Source: a virus
Reading direction: 5' to 3' (one strand)
Virus record (IMG/VR): IMGVR_UViG_3300035698_017111
Span: 32,001 to 96,000 of that record
Length of the DNA: 64,000 nt
Part shown: positions 20,163-29,079 of the stretch, one piece after another
How positions within the stretch are numbered: the first letter of the stretch is position 1
Layout of the letters: each line of letters opens with the position of its first letter
The notes under the pieces: generated by a model
Databases searched by the model: none
The model's input: only the letters and a program-made list of their open reading frames with translations
What the model was told of the DNA's origin: nothing
Translations under genes and position numbers: made by a program

Positions 20163-21193
20163 TCTATTACAAAGAAGGCTATAGATTAGATGCTATGGCA
20201 GAAGCTGGTGATACTGCTGCTATGGGAGAAATAGAAAGACGTAATCAACAAGTTCAACCACAACCAACCGTTAAAACTGCTCCTGTAGAAGAACCAGTTG
20301 CAGAACCAGTTCAAGAACCAGTTCAAGAACCAGTTCAAGAACCAGTTCAAGAAGTAGCACCTACTCCCGAACCAAAAGTCGAAAGTCTGTTTCAGGTCTT
20401 CCAAGGTATTTTGCAAGGAGATCTTCCAAATCTACAGACCGCTATTAATGATTTTTCTAGAGACTACGGTAAAGAGAACAAACAAGTCGTTGATGTATTA
20501 AATGTAGTAATAAGACAACTTACAACAGATCTAAAAGATGTGATTGGCTTTACTGGATTTCGACCTAAAGCAGAAATGACAACCATCAAAGTAGAAGCTG
20601 CTGGTTGGATGGATAATGTTGGAAGATATTTCCGTGGGAAGGGAATTGATAAAAGCCTTGAAGAGCAACAACAAGAGGCCGTGAGTGAACAACAAGAAGC
20701 TGCAGACTACAATGAAATAAATAAACAGCTTTTAAATTTGAGACAGAAAATTGGAGAATATACTGGTCAAGGAAACCCAAGACAGAAGGTAGTTATCCAA
20801 AATTCTATCGATATGCTTGATAGTATTATTCAACAACCAGCACAACCACAACCTCAACAGGGAGTTGCACCAGGGCAACCTATGCAGGGACAACCTGCTC
20901 CGACTCAACCTGCTGAACAAACAGTGGCTCCAGTGGCACAACCAGGTCAAATTGCGGTTCCAGATGCTATTCAAACACTTAGACAATACATGGAACAGAT
21001 AGGTCCTGAGAAAGCAAAACAATATGAAGGTGTTTTTAGTAGAATACAAAAAGATTTCGAAGACATGCAACAAGGCAGGAAACCAGCCGGACCTCCAGTG
21101 TCTGGAAAAGATACATTACAAGAAAACACTCAGTTAGAACCAGTTTTACAAACAGACATAGATACGAAACCGGAATTTTTTTCCGTTAAATAA
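20123..21193 (+). CDS. Q/P/E-rich hypothetical protein, possibly virion-associated
   Basis: Low-complexity ORF with EPVQ repeats. Confidence 0.65.
   Translation: MQRYKTETYNDQLVYYKEGYRLDAMAEAGDTAAMGEIERRNQQVQPQPTVKTAPVEEPVAEPVQEPVQEPVQEPVQEVAPTPEPKVESLFQVFQGILQGDLPNLQTAINDFSRDYGKENKQVVDVLNVVIRQLTTDLKDVIGFTGFRPKAEMTTIKVEAAGWMDNVGRYFRGKGIDKSLEEQQQEAVSEQQEAADYNEINKQLLNLRQKIGEYTGQGNPRQKVVIQNSIDMLDSIIQQPAQPQPQQGVAPGQPMQGQPAPTQPAEQTVAPVAQPGQIAVPDAIQTLRQYMEQIGPEKAKQYEGVFSRIQKDFEDMQQGRKPAGPPVSGKDTLQENTQLEPVLQTDIDTKPEFFSVK
20291..20350 (+). repeat. 12-bp coding tandem repeat x5 (GAACCAGTTCAA, EPVQ)
   Basis: Seen directly; first unit is the variant GAACCAGTTGCA. Confidence 0.95.
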
Positions 21194-21204
21194 AGGAGAT
21201 AGAA

Positions 21205-21816
21205 ATGGACATCTACGAAAGCCTTCAAGGTACTGAAAAGATCAAGGTTGAAGCAGAAATAAAACAATTTAAAGCAGCAGCTGCCGATTATGCCGAACAG
21301 GGTTTTGACGCAGATCTAGTAGCCGAACTTCTTGGCATAGACGGATGTTCCAAAGAAGCCGCTGTGGCTCTATCTACTGAATCTGAACAAGATCTTCCGG
21401 CCGGGTATTCTGATGGGTATCCCCCAAAGTCATACAATGACATTAAAGATAAAGTAGAAGTAACCATTAAGGAAGCAAGTATCGATAAATTAAGAGATTA
21501 TTTCGAAAAACTTGCAGATAAAAAGAATCCAAATATTGTAAATCGTATATTAATAGCAAGGGATAATCCTACAAGCTTAATCTTTGGAGAGATTCATAAA
21601 GAAATAGAACCAATCCTTGATGATGTCATCGTTAACAATAGAGCTTGTGTCGCAGCCTTAGAAGTAGAAACCGGAGAGAAAGAAAAGGCTGAAAAGGATC
21701 TTTTTGGTATTTGGCCACCACATCTTCTTGGAGCATATGCTCAAAAAGAGAAAGCTGAGAAGGATTTGTTGGAAAGGTCTAAACCCAAGGAGAAACATGT
21801 CCCATTCTTTCAGTAA
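21205..21816 (+). CDS. hypothetical protein
   Basis: ORF with AAGGAG RBS. Confidence 0.65.
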   Translation: MDIYESLQGTEKIKVEAEIKQFKAAAADYAEQGFDADLVAELLGIDGCSKEAAVALSTESEQDLPAGYSDGYPPKSYNDIKDKVEVTIKEASIDKLRDYFEKLADKKNPNIVNRILIARDNPTSLIFGEIHKEIEPILDDVIVNNRACVAALEVETGEKEKAEKDLFGIWPPHLLGAYAQKEKAEKDLLERSKPKEKHVPFFQ

Positions 21817-21827
21817 AGGACTAAGTT

Positions 21828-22526
21828 ATGACTGATAATGAAGGGACGACAAAGAAAGAAATAAAAGAGGTTCAAAACGCACTAGAAAAAAGAGATGATG
21901 ATAACAATCAACCGTCAATAGCAATTGATGGAGCTTGTGCCACATGTCCTGTCTGTAAACATCCAGCCTCAAAAAAAGCAAACGAAATCTACTTTGATAA
22001 CAATAAGAACTGGGAATCTGTTTCTTTGTGGTTCAACAATAAGTATAAGAAGACATTTGCTTCTGGAACAATGCAAAAGCATTTCAAGGAGCATGTGGAT
22101 CCTTTTGTTGGACAGTTTATGGTGATGAAAGAAAAGACACTTAAGGAACTTGAGAAAAGAATTGCCAATACAAGTAAGAGTTCCAATAAGATTGCCATGG
22201 TCAAAGAGATGCTCTTTGATATGATTACAGACGTTTACGCATTTAAAACAAAACAACTTTCCACAAAGGAAGATCGGGTAAATTATCAAAGGGATGCTAA
22301 GATGATTACTGATCTTGCTAAGTCGTTTAGAGAATACAATCAAATGGAGTTTGATCTATTGGGATTGGGTAAGACAGAAGAAGAGCAAAAGAATATGATG
22401 AAGAATTATGTTGCTGGTATGTTGAAACAAATTGTTTCTGCATTTGATGATATGCCAGATGCACAAAAGAGATTGTCTGATTTAATGAAGCTCACAAGTA
22501 GAGAGACGGCACCTGGAGAGGAGTAG
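21828..22526 (+). CDS. putative terminase small subunit
   Basis: CPVCKH...HFKEH metal-binding/HTH start; immediately upstream of TerL. Confidence 0.5.
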   Translation: MTDNEGTTKKEIKEVQNALEKRDDDNNQPSIAIDGACATCPVCKHPASKKANEIYFDNNKNWESVSLWFNNKYKKTFASGTMQKHFKEHVDPFVGQFMVMKEKTLKELEKRIANTSKSSNKIAMVKEMLFDMITDVYAFKTKQLSTKEDRVNYQRDAKMITDLAKSFREYNQMEFDLLGLGKTEEEQKNMMKNYVAGMLKQIVSAFDDMPDAQKRLSDLMKLTSRETAPGEE

Positions 22527-22527
22527 G

Positions 22528-24273
22528 ATGGCACGTAAAACAAAAGAGCCTGTGTTTGATCTTGACGACATCTTTCAAGATGCTGTCAAGACAGTAAAGG
22601 GAGACATTGCCCTCAAGACAGGCAAACCGATGGATATTATCACGTTTGCCACCGATATGTTAAAGCAAACGTTGTATCCCACACAGAAAGTAATGCTTAA
22701 GTGTTTTTACGCCGGTACCAGATTTCATGAAGATGTTTATATTACAGAAGAGGAATGGGATTTAATTAAATCTTGGGAAATTCCACAAAGCTGGATATTT
22801 AATGGAGAGAACAGTAAACAAAAAGTACTCGATAGACATAGGGATAGTGAAAATCCCGAAGATTACTTTAGGGATCTTGTTCTTATTCTTGGACGACGTA
22901 GTGGTAAATCTTACCTAAGTGCCTTGATTGCTGTCTATGAGGCATATAAACTTCTTACATTCCCACATCCACAAGATTTCTATAAAATTGACTCTGACAT
23001 ATACATAGTCAACACTGCTATTACTGGCGATCAGGCAGAAACTATTATTTTCCAGACAATTCGTGGATTCATATACAAAGCTCCATGTTTCGAAGGTAGA
23101 ATCAAAGAAGCTAAAGAATATGGTGTCCCAACAATTAGACTAAGTTCCGACTATGACCTAGAACTTAAACAAAAAGTAAAAGAAGAATCTGGTAAAGATC
23201 TTGCGGGATCTATTGTTCTTCGTAGTGGTAACTCCAACTCCCCCGCACTTCGTGGTAAAGCAGCAGTTATGGTCATTTATGATGAGATGGCTCACTATGT
23301 CGATACTGCTGGTAAATCATCTGCTGATGAAGTATATGCAGCCCTTTCTCCATCAACCCTAACGTTTAGAGACAAGGGTGACGGTAGGAATGTTGTTATT
23401 TCATCTCCATTTATGCCACATGGATTTTTCTATAGACACTATATGAGTGCAAAAACAGTTAATAGTATGTTGATTTTTCAGGTACCAACATGGGATGCCA
23501 ATCCAAAACACCCTAAAAGAATGATTGAAGATGATTTAAAGAAAGATTTTGAAAAGGCAAATGCTGAGTATGGTGCCAGGTTTCGTCGTACTGCTTCTAA
23601 TGTATATTTTCCACCAGCCAAAGTAGAAGAAGCTATGATAAGAAGGGAAAATTGGTTTAGAAAAGACACAGGATGGCCTGGATATGAGTATTACATGCAT
23701 ATCGACCCAGCTAAAAACTCAGATAATTGGGCCATAATGATAGGACATCCCGAATACAGGTTTGACCAGACTTCTGGCCAGAAACTACTATACATAGTTG
23801 AAGATTATTCTTATTTCTTTGTTCCTCCACCTGGTGATTTCCTTGATCCAGACGAGATAATGGATGATTTTATTCTTCCTCTTTTTGATAAGTTTAATAT
23901 TGTCTCGTGTACATCTGATCAGATGTTTAGTCTTGAGCAAAGAAAGAAACTAAAGAAAAAAAGTATATATTTTAGAGAGATACCATATAACGGAAGCAAA
24001 AAAAACGAAATATATGATACCACAAGGGATTTCTTTATCAACGGTAGAATAGAATTGTGTAACGATGATGCAGAGCTAGCGGGAGAATTAAAGAATATTA
24101 CGGTGGATTATACAAGAACTCCACCGAGAATAAAGAAGAATTCAGAGAGTGACGAATTCTCCAACGATGACATGGTGGATTGTTTAGGTGGTATTATAAT
24201 TTCCATCATGTCGGGAGCTACTGGAAGAACAAGATTGCCAAGGATAGTAACTGTCCATACTGGAAGACGCTAA
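22528..24273 (+). CDS. terminase large subunit
   Basis: Walker A GRRSGKS, LRG, Walker B VIYDE, coupling motif ISSP, nuclease HIDPA and NDDMVD. Confidence 0.9.
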   Translation: MARKTKEPVFDLDDIFQDAVKTVKGDIALKTGKPMDIITFATDMLKQTLYPTQKVMLKCFYAGTRFHEDVYITEEEWDLIKSWEIPQSWIFNGENSKQKVLDRHRDSENPEDYFRDLVLILGRRSGKSYLSALIAVYEAYKLLTFPHPQDFYKIDSDIYIVNTAITGDQAETIIFQTIRGFIYKAPCFEGRIKEAKEYGVPTIRLSSDYDLELKQKVKEESGKDLAGSIVLRSGNSNSPALRGKAAVMVIYDEMAHYVDTAGKSSADEVYAALSPSTLTFRDKGDGRNVVISSPFMPHGFFYRHYMSAKTVNSMLIFQVPTWDANPKHPKRMIEDDLKKDFEKANAEYGARFRRTASNVYFPPAKVEEAMIRRENWFRKDTGWPGYEYYMHIDPAKNSDNWAIMIGHPEYRFDQTSGQKLLYIVEDYSYFFVPPPGDFLDPDEIMDDFILPLFDKFNIVSCTSDQMFSLEQRKKLKKKSIYFREIPYNGSKKNEIYDTTRDFFINGRIELCNDDAELAGELKNITVDYTRTPPRIKKNSESDEFSNDDMVDCLGGIIISIMSGATGRTRLPRIVTVHTGRR

Positions 24274-24289
24274 CCCTCAGGAGAACAAA

Positions 24290-24712
24290 ATGAAATTTAA
24301 TGACAACACAATCAATATTAAGATATCATCAACCGAAGAGTCTGTCTCTAAGACGATAGAAGAGCTTCTTGAATTGAACACTAAAATCCCGCAGAGACAG
24401 GATGAGGTTCAGCGTATTACAGAAAGCCAATTTGAAAAGGAGGACTATGAAAATAAGGACTCCAGAGGTGAAGTTGAAGAGGTTACCGAAAAACAATTTG
24501 GCGATAGAAAAGAGTCGTCTAGCGATATCTTGGAGATCAAATTGGAAAATACAGATGCTACTAAAGGTGGACATAATCCAGAGGCATGGGATAAGGATGA
24601 TCAGGAAGTTAGAGGGCATAAAAACGTAGCCCCAATTTGGCATGAAGTATACAAGAAAGAAGATGATAGGAAAAAATTAGACAAAGGTCAATTAGATAGG
24701 AAAAAACAATAA
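24290..24712 (+). CDS. hypothetical protein with TExQF repeats
   Basis: ITESQF / VTEKQF internal repeats. Confidence 0.6.
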   Translation: MKFNDNTINIKISSTEESVSKTIEELLELNTKIPQRQDEVQRITESQFEKEDYENKDSRGEVEEVTEKQFGDRKESSSDILEIKLENTDATKGGHNPEAWDKDDQEVRGHKNVAPIWHEVYKKEDDRKKLDKGQLDRKKQ

Positions 24713-24716
24713 CAAT

Positions 24717-24929
24717 ATGATCACAATAAAAGAACCATTTCTTAGCGATTGGGATAACTTCAAACTAGCTGAGGTTCAGAATGGCGAGAGATGTGTTACC
24801 TGTGATGAGGGCATGTACGATTTGCCAGTATTTGGTCGCCCAACAGAATGCTACAATTGTAGAATCGACAATCTCGAAAAAAAGGTTAAGAAAGACATAG
24901 ATAGGAAAAAATGGTTAAAAAAGAGATAG
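24717..24929 (+). CDS. small Zn-finger protein
   Basis: CVTC and CYNC. Confidence 0.5.
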   Translation: MITIKEPFLSDWDNFKLAEVQNGERCVTCDEGMYDLPVFGRPTECYNCRIDNLEKKVKKDIDRKKWLKKR

Positions 24930-24942
24930 AGAGGAAAAAATA

Positions 24943-25446
24943 ATGATTAAAAAAACAATTTTACTATCAGTATTACTTGTAACCATGCTTTTTGCTGGAT
25001 CATGCAGTATGATCGGAGATACTTTAACGAATTTCGAACTTGTCGTTCCAAGTGAGGACTATCAGACAAAAGTTAGACCACTTGTTGACATTCTTGTTGT
25101 TGTGTATGGTGAAGAGTTGACGGCAGAGCAAAAGGGAGTGTTGGGTAAGTTTATTGCAGAACTCGACAAACAGGCATTGGAAAACGACGAAGTTGACGTT
25201 CTATACGCTCTTTTAGCCCTCGCATCGCCAATTCTACTCGATAAAGAATTTGATGAGATCATAGATCCGTCAGAGGCTCGAATCGGTTTGATTGGATTAG
25301 ACCTCTTGGATAGCTCGTTTAGTTCGAATGATAATCCATATGTCGCATTGATTCTATCCAACGTTCGACTATTACTGGAAAAAGCTGGTCAGATTGAAGC
25401 TCCGGCCGAACCTGCAGGAACGTTCCAGATTCTCTTGTACGAATAG
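24943..25446 (+). CDS. lipoprotein
   Basis: Signal peptide MIKK + hydrophobic core + lipobox-like AGSC. Confidence 0.7.
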   Translation: MIKKTILLSVLLVTMLFAGSCSMIGDTLTNFELVVPSEDYQTKVRPLVDILVVVYGEELTAEQKGVLGKFIAELDKQALENDEVDVLYALLALASPILLDKEFDEIIDPSEARIGLIGLDLLDSSFSSNDNPYVALILSNVRLLLEKAGQIEAPAEPAGTFQILLYE

Positions 25447-25463
25447 TTGAATAGGAGTAGAGG

Positions 25464-26543
25464 ATGTCTTGGAAATACCGCAAAGCCTCACCATTTGGAA
25501 GAGATCCATTTGGAGAAGGAGAACTCTCGGACAAGGTTCGAGTAGACCCATTCGGCAATTCAGGTGGTGAAGTTCATCATGGTCTTTTTGAACCAAGTTC
25601 TGGTGCACATCATCCAAACGATCCATTTAGTGAAGACGATAAGGTACCGACTGTTGAAGAACGTCTTAAGAATAAGAAGAATAAGAAAAAAAGGAGACAT
25701 GTGTCTCCACGTATAAAACGAGACAAATTTCGTGTTAGTTCGTTTGGTAAAAAGTATGCACAGTGGGGAGAAGTTGGTCCTAAGATGCCCATATGGGAAC
25801 GAAGTAATTGGGTCTCAGACACATACAAAGATATTGTTAATCAAGAAAAATCATCTGCACCTGCTGCACCCGCTGCACCAACAGAACAAGAACAACCCGC
25901 TCCCAATGAACAACCAGAAGCAAACCCGGTAAACACCGTTCTGGATGCCACTGTGACCATCCAATCAGTATTGGGAGAAGTCTCTGAAATTGGGAGCGGT
26001 TTTTTCATTGCTGAAAATATTGTTTTAACATGTGCCCATGTGGCTCTTCCTGGTGGACAGGAAGGACAGACACCGCAGATCAGTGTTAAGCACGGAGAAA
26101 AAGACTATACGGGATCTTTGTGGGCTTATGATATGTCCATAGATGCTGCAATTTTAGTAGTAGATGATCCTAGTTTCCAATCCAGTAATTTCCTGTCTCT
26201 TGGTAACTCCAGTGAAACTCAAATAGGTGAAGAGATCATTGTTATTGGAACTCCACTTGGGTTTGAGAATGTTGTTGGTAAGGGTATTGTATCAAGTGCT
26301 CCTATAAATTACACAGAAGGACAGGACGATAAGTCTTATATTTTTATATCATCCAGTATTTCACCAGGGAATAGTGGTGGTCCAGTAGCAAGAACAGCAG
26401 ATTCAGCAATTATCGGAATTGCAGCAGCAGTAATCAGTGATGCGGACTCTGGCGGAGCTGGTGGTTTAAATGCTGCAGTCCCAATCGATAAGGTTAAGCC
26501 ATTTTTAGAACAAAATGGTGTAAAATTCGGATTTAAACAGTAG
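25464..26543 (+). CDS. trypsin-like (S1C/HtrA-type) serine protease with N-terminal extension
   Basis: GSGF, TCAH, DAAIL, GTPLG, PGNSGGP. Confidence 0.92.
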   Translation: MSWKYRKASPFGRDPFGEGELSDKVRVDPFGNSGGEVHHGLFEPSSGAHHPNDPFSEDDKVPTVEERLKNKKNKKKRRHVSPRIKRDKFRVSSFGKKYAQWGEVGPKMPIWERSNWVSDTYKDIVNQEKSSAPAAPAAPTEQEQPAPNEQPEANPVNTVLDATVTIQSVLGEVSEIGSGFFIAENIVLTCAHVALPGGQEGQTPQISVKHGEKDYTGSLWAYDMSIDAAILVVDDPSFQSSNFLSLGNSSETQIGEEIIVIGTPLGFENVVGKGIVSSAPINYTEGQDDKSYIFISSSISPGNSGGPVARTADSAIIGIAAAVISDADSGGAGGLNAAVPIDKVKPFLEQNGVKFGFKQ

Positions 26544-26551
26544 GCAACAAT

Positions 26552-27358
26552 ATGTTGTACGATCTTCTTAAAAAAGCTTTCTTTCTGTCCAGAGAACAAA
26601 AGAACTATCTCTCAGATAATTGGGATGGTATCGTTGCTATTTTGAAAGAAGACAATGAGGTTCAGGCAAGAAGAATACGTAGAACTCGTCCTCGCAAAAA
26701 GATAAAAGAAAATCCTGAAGAAAAAAACATGGAAGCAGATACGAAATGTGACCCAGATTCTGATTGGTACGAACCATACAAAGACAGAGCATACCAAACA
26801 GATCCATTCAATCACACATCGTTTGGCGGATCAGAAGATAGAGTTGTGTTGGCTGGTAAGCTGTACGATCCAGAAACACCAGAACAGATGTTAGAGGTTC
26901 TTGGCCTTATGGAGAAGTTTCTTGGAGAAGAGGGTGAGCTTTGTTATGATAGTCTTTCTTTGTTTCTCCATCCACTTCAGAGAGGATCTAAAAAACTTGT
27001 TCTTCGGCCACATAAATTAGTTGGACTTACCAGAAGATTAGAAAATCTATGCCGAAAATACTCTAGGAACAAATCAATGTTAGAACCATTGTGCGATCCA
27101 GATGAAATTAAACAAAGTTTCAGAGATAACGTGTCCACCATTAAAGAACGTCTAGTTGGGCAAAAGGTAGAAGGAAGTTCGGCCAAAATAAAAGTTGAGG
27201 CTCAAATAGACAATCCAGACGTAATTCAAAATGTTTCTCGTTTACTTGGCCAGGGTTGGTCTGAGGAAAGTGTCAGGGGGACTCTGTTGAGTGCTGGTTT
27301 TGGATATTCTGAAGAAGAAATTGATCATTTACTGAAAATGGCTGCAGCTTTAGCTTGA
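26552..27358 (+). CDS. hypothetical protein
   Basis: ORF only. Confidence 0.6.
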   Translation: MLYDLLKKAFFLSREQKNYLSDNWDGIVAILKEDNEVQARRIRRTRPRKKIKENPEEKNMEADTKCDPDSDWYEPYKDRAYQTDPFNHTSFGGSEDRVVLAGKLYDPETPEQMLEVLGLMEKFLGEEGELCYDSLSLFLHPLQRGSKKLVLRPHKLVGLTRRLENLCRKYSRNKSMLEPLCDPDEIKQSFRDNVSTIKERLVGQKVEGSSAKIKVEAQIDNPDVIQNVSRLLGQGWSEESVRGTLLSAGFGYSEEEIDHLLKMAAALA

Positions 27359-27362
27359 GAGC

Positions 27363-27390
27363 TTGACAAACTGTTTTGAATATAGATAAT
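27363..27390 (+). promoter_or_regulatory. sigma70-like promoter
   Basis: TTGACA...GATAAT upstream of ORF 27438. Confidence 0.55.
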
Positions 27391-27437
27391 GGAGAGGTAA
27401 CCCTTGGGTCGCCTCTTTTTATTTTGGTGATCTAAGA

Positions 27438-28301
27438 ATGAGAGGAAGTCATATGAGTCGAACGTATTGGACAATGAGAAACGAAAAGGCATCTGCAGGA
27501 CAACGGTTGGCTACAGAACTACACACTAGGCAGATTGAATATCTAAAGAAACATCCAGATACAAAAGATGTTACAAAAGAAAATCAAGATGTGATAGATT
27601 ACGTTGGTAATGATACGGATTGTGATACCGTGAGGGCTTCCTCGATCCTAAGTACCACAAATAGGGCAATGGACAGTGCCGTGAAGCATGTTCGAAAAGA
27701 GATAATGAATAGCTTCAAAACAGATACGGCATCAGAAGACCAGTCAGATACCCTTCTTGGACTTGATCAACAAGCTTCAGAAATAAAGTGTGCAGCTGCT
27801 TTCTTTTCTATCCCCACTAAAGAGATTTTCCTAATCCGCAACATTCATCTTAGGAAAGATCCAAGAGATAAGGGTAAAAAGAAATCAAAGAAAAAAACAA
27901 GGCCAGATAGATTTAAACTTGCAGAATGGCTGAATATAAAACACAAATCTGCTATAGCCCACGAGCTGTATCACATGCAAATGGACATGAAGTGTCATGC
28001 AGAAAATCCAATGTTGCACGAAGAGTATGCGTATGGTAACATGGTTGGATGGTGTCAGGCCAATGGTTTGACTGATGATGAAATAGCTGAGTTTATCATT
28101 TTATCATTTGGACGTATGGTTGCCATGTCGAAATATCCTTCACTTCTCGTATTAAAAGACTGGAAGACGTTGGAGAAGAGGTCCATAGAAGAGGCACATA
28201 ATGTAATAGAACAATTTGTAAATCAGAACCAAAGCATACGGGATAATGAAGATGTAAAAGAGGTACAAATCGCAGATAGGCGTTTTGATCTTGAACTATA
28301 G
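27438..28301 (+). CDS. HExxH metallopeptidase-like protein
   Basis: AIAHELYH and downstream EEYAY. Confidence 0.6.
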   Translation: MRGSHMSRTYWTMRNEKASAGQRLATELHTRQIEYLKKHPDTKDVTKENQDVIDYVGNDTDCDTVRASSILSTTNRAMDSAVKHVRKEIMNSFKTDTASEDQSDTLLGLDQQASEIKCAAAFFSIPTKEIFLIRNIHLRKDPRDKGKKKSKKKTRPDRFKLAEWLNIKHKSAIAHELYHMQMDMKCHAENPMLHEEYAYGNMVGWCQANGLTDDEIAEFIILSFGRMVAMSKYPSLLVLKDWKTLEKRSIEEAHNVIEQFVNQNQSIRDNEDVKEVQIADRRFDLEL

Positions 28302-28312
28302 GAGAGAAAACA

Positions 28313-28666
28313 ATGAGTGAGATTCGAAGAGTTAAAGTAACAATTAAGGAGAAGGAAGTCGCTTTATCAGCTTGCAAGCAGGCTGGTCTTACGGTTGAGC
28401 AGAAGACCAAGGGTCGTATCCTTGTGAAAAATCACGGTATTAGAACGTGGGGAAGTACTCAGATCTATCTTGTTCAGAAGGCAAATGGAACTTTTGAGCT
28501 CGAAGGTGATTGTTCCAAGTCTGAGTTAGACAAGCTGGCTGGCAAGCTCAAATCTTTTGCTAGTGTTGAAATCATTACAAGAGAAGCTACAAAACTTGGC
28601 TACACTGTCGGTGCACAGGTTAGGGAAAAAGGCAAAATCAAACTTAAGCTCAGAGCTTATGCATAG
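28313..28666 (+). CDS. DUF1257-like protein
   Basis: MSEI..VKVTIK...LGYTV...GKIKL; followed by a DUF2997-like gene as usual for the family. Confidence 0.7.
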   Translation: MSEIRRVKVTIKEKEVALSACKQAGLTVEQKTKGRILVKNHGIRTWGSTQIYLVQKANGTFELEGDCSKSELDKLAGKLKSFASVEIITREATKLGYTVGAQVREKGKIKLKLRAYA

Positions 28667-28676
28667 GAGATGAATC

Positions 28677-28889
28677 ATGCGGGAAATCGAAATCGAAATT
28701 GACGAGCTAACTGGCGAAATCGACATGGAAACACTGGGCTTCAAGGGAAAAGAATGCGAAGACGTTCTTGACAAGCTACAAGCAGCTCTTCGTGCCGAAA
28801 AGTTGAAGCAAACCAGTAAACCAGAAAGACAAATGCAGGTTCTCAATGTCCAAGCAAACAAACATAAACAACAAATCAAAAACAGATAA
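28677..28889 (+). CDS. DUF2997-like protein
   Basis: IEIEID..GEI..ETLGFKGKEC...KPE. Confidence 0.75.
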   Translation: MREIEIEIDELTGEIDMETLGFKGKECEDVLDKLQAALRAEKLKQTSKPERQMQVLNVQANKHKQQIKNR

Positions 28890-29079
28890 GGTTGAGATGG
28901 AGCTAGATATCGTGATTTGTGAAGAGACTGGAGAAGTCCAGCTCAACAGAGATCATGCTGTGCTTATTGATATAGTAAAAGCTCTTAACTCGCCAGACTC
29001 AGAAGATTACGAAGATTTTTTCAAACAAAAAAATCCAGATGTTTGTGGTAAAAGAAACTATCGAACATTCTGTGGATAA
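28877..29079 (+). CDS. hypothetical protein
   Basis: Small ORF in operon; start uncertain. Confidence 0.5.
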
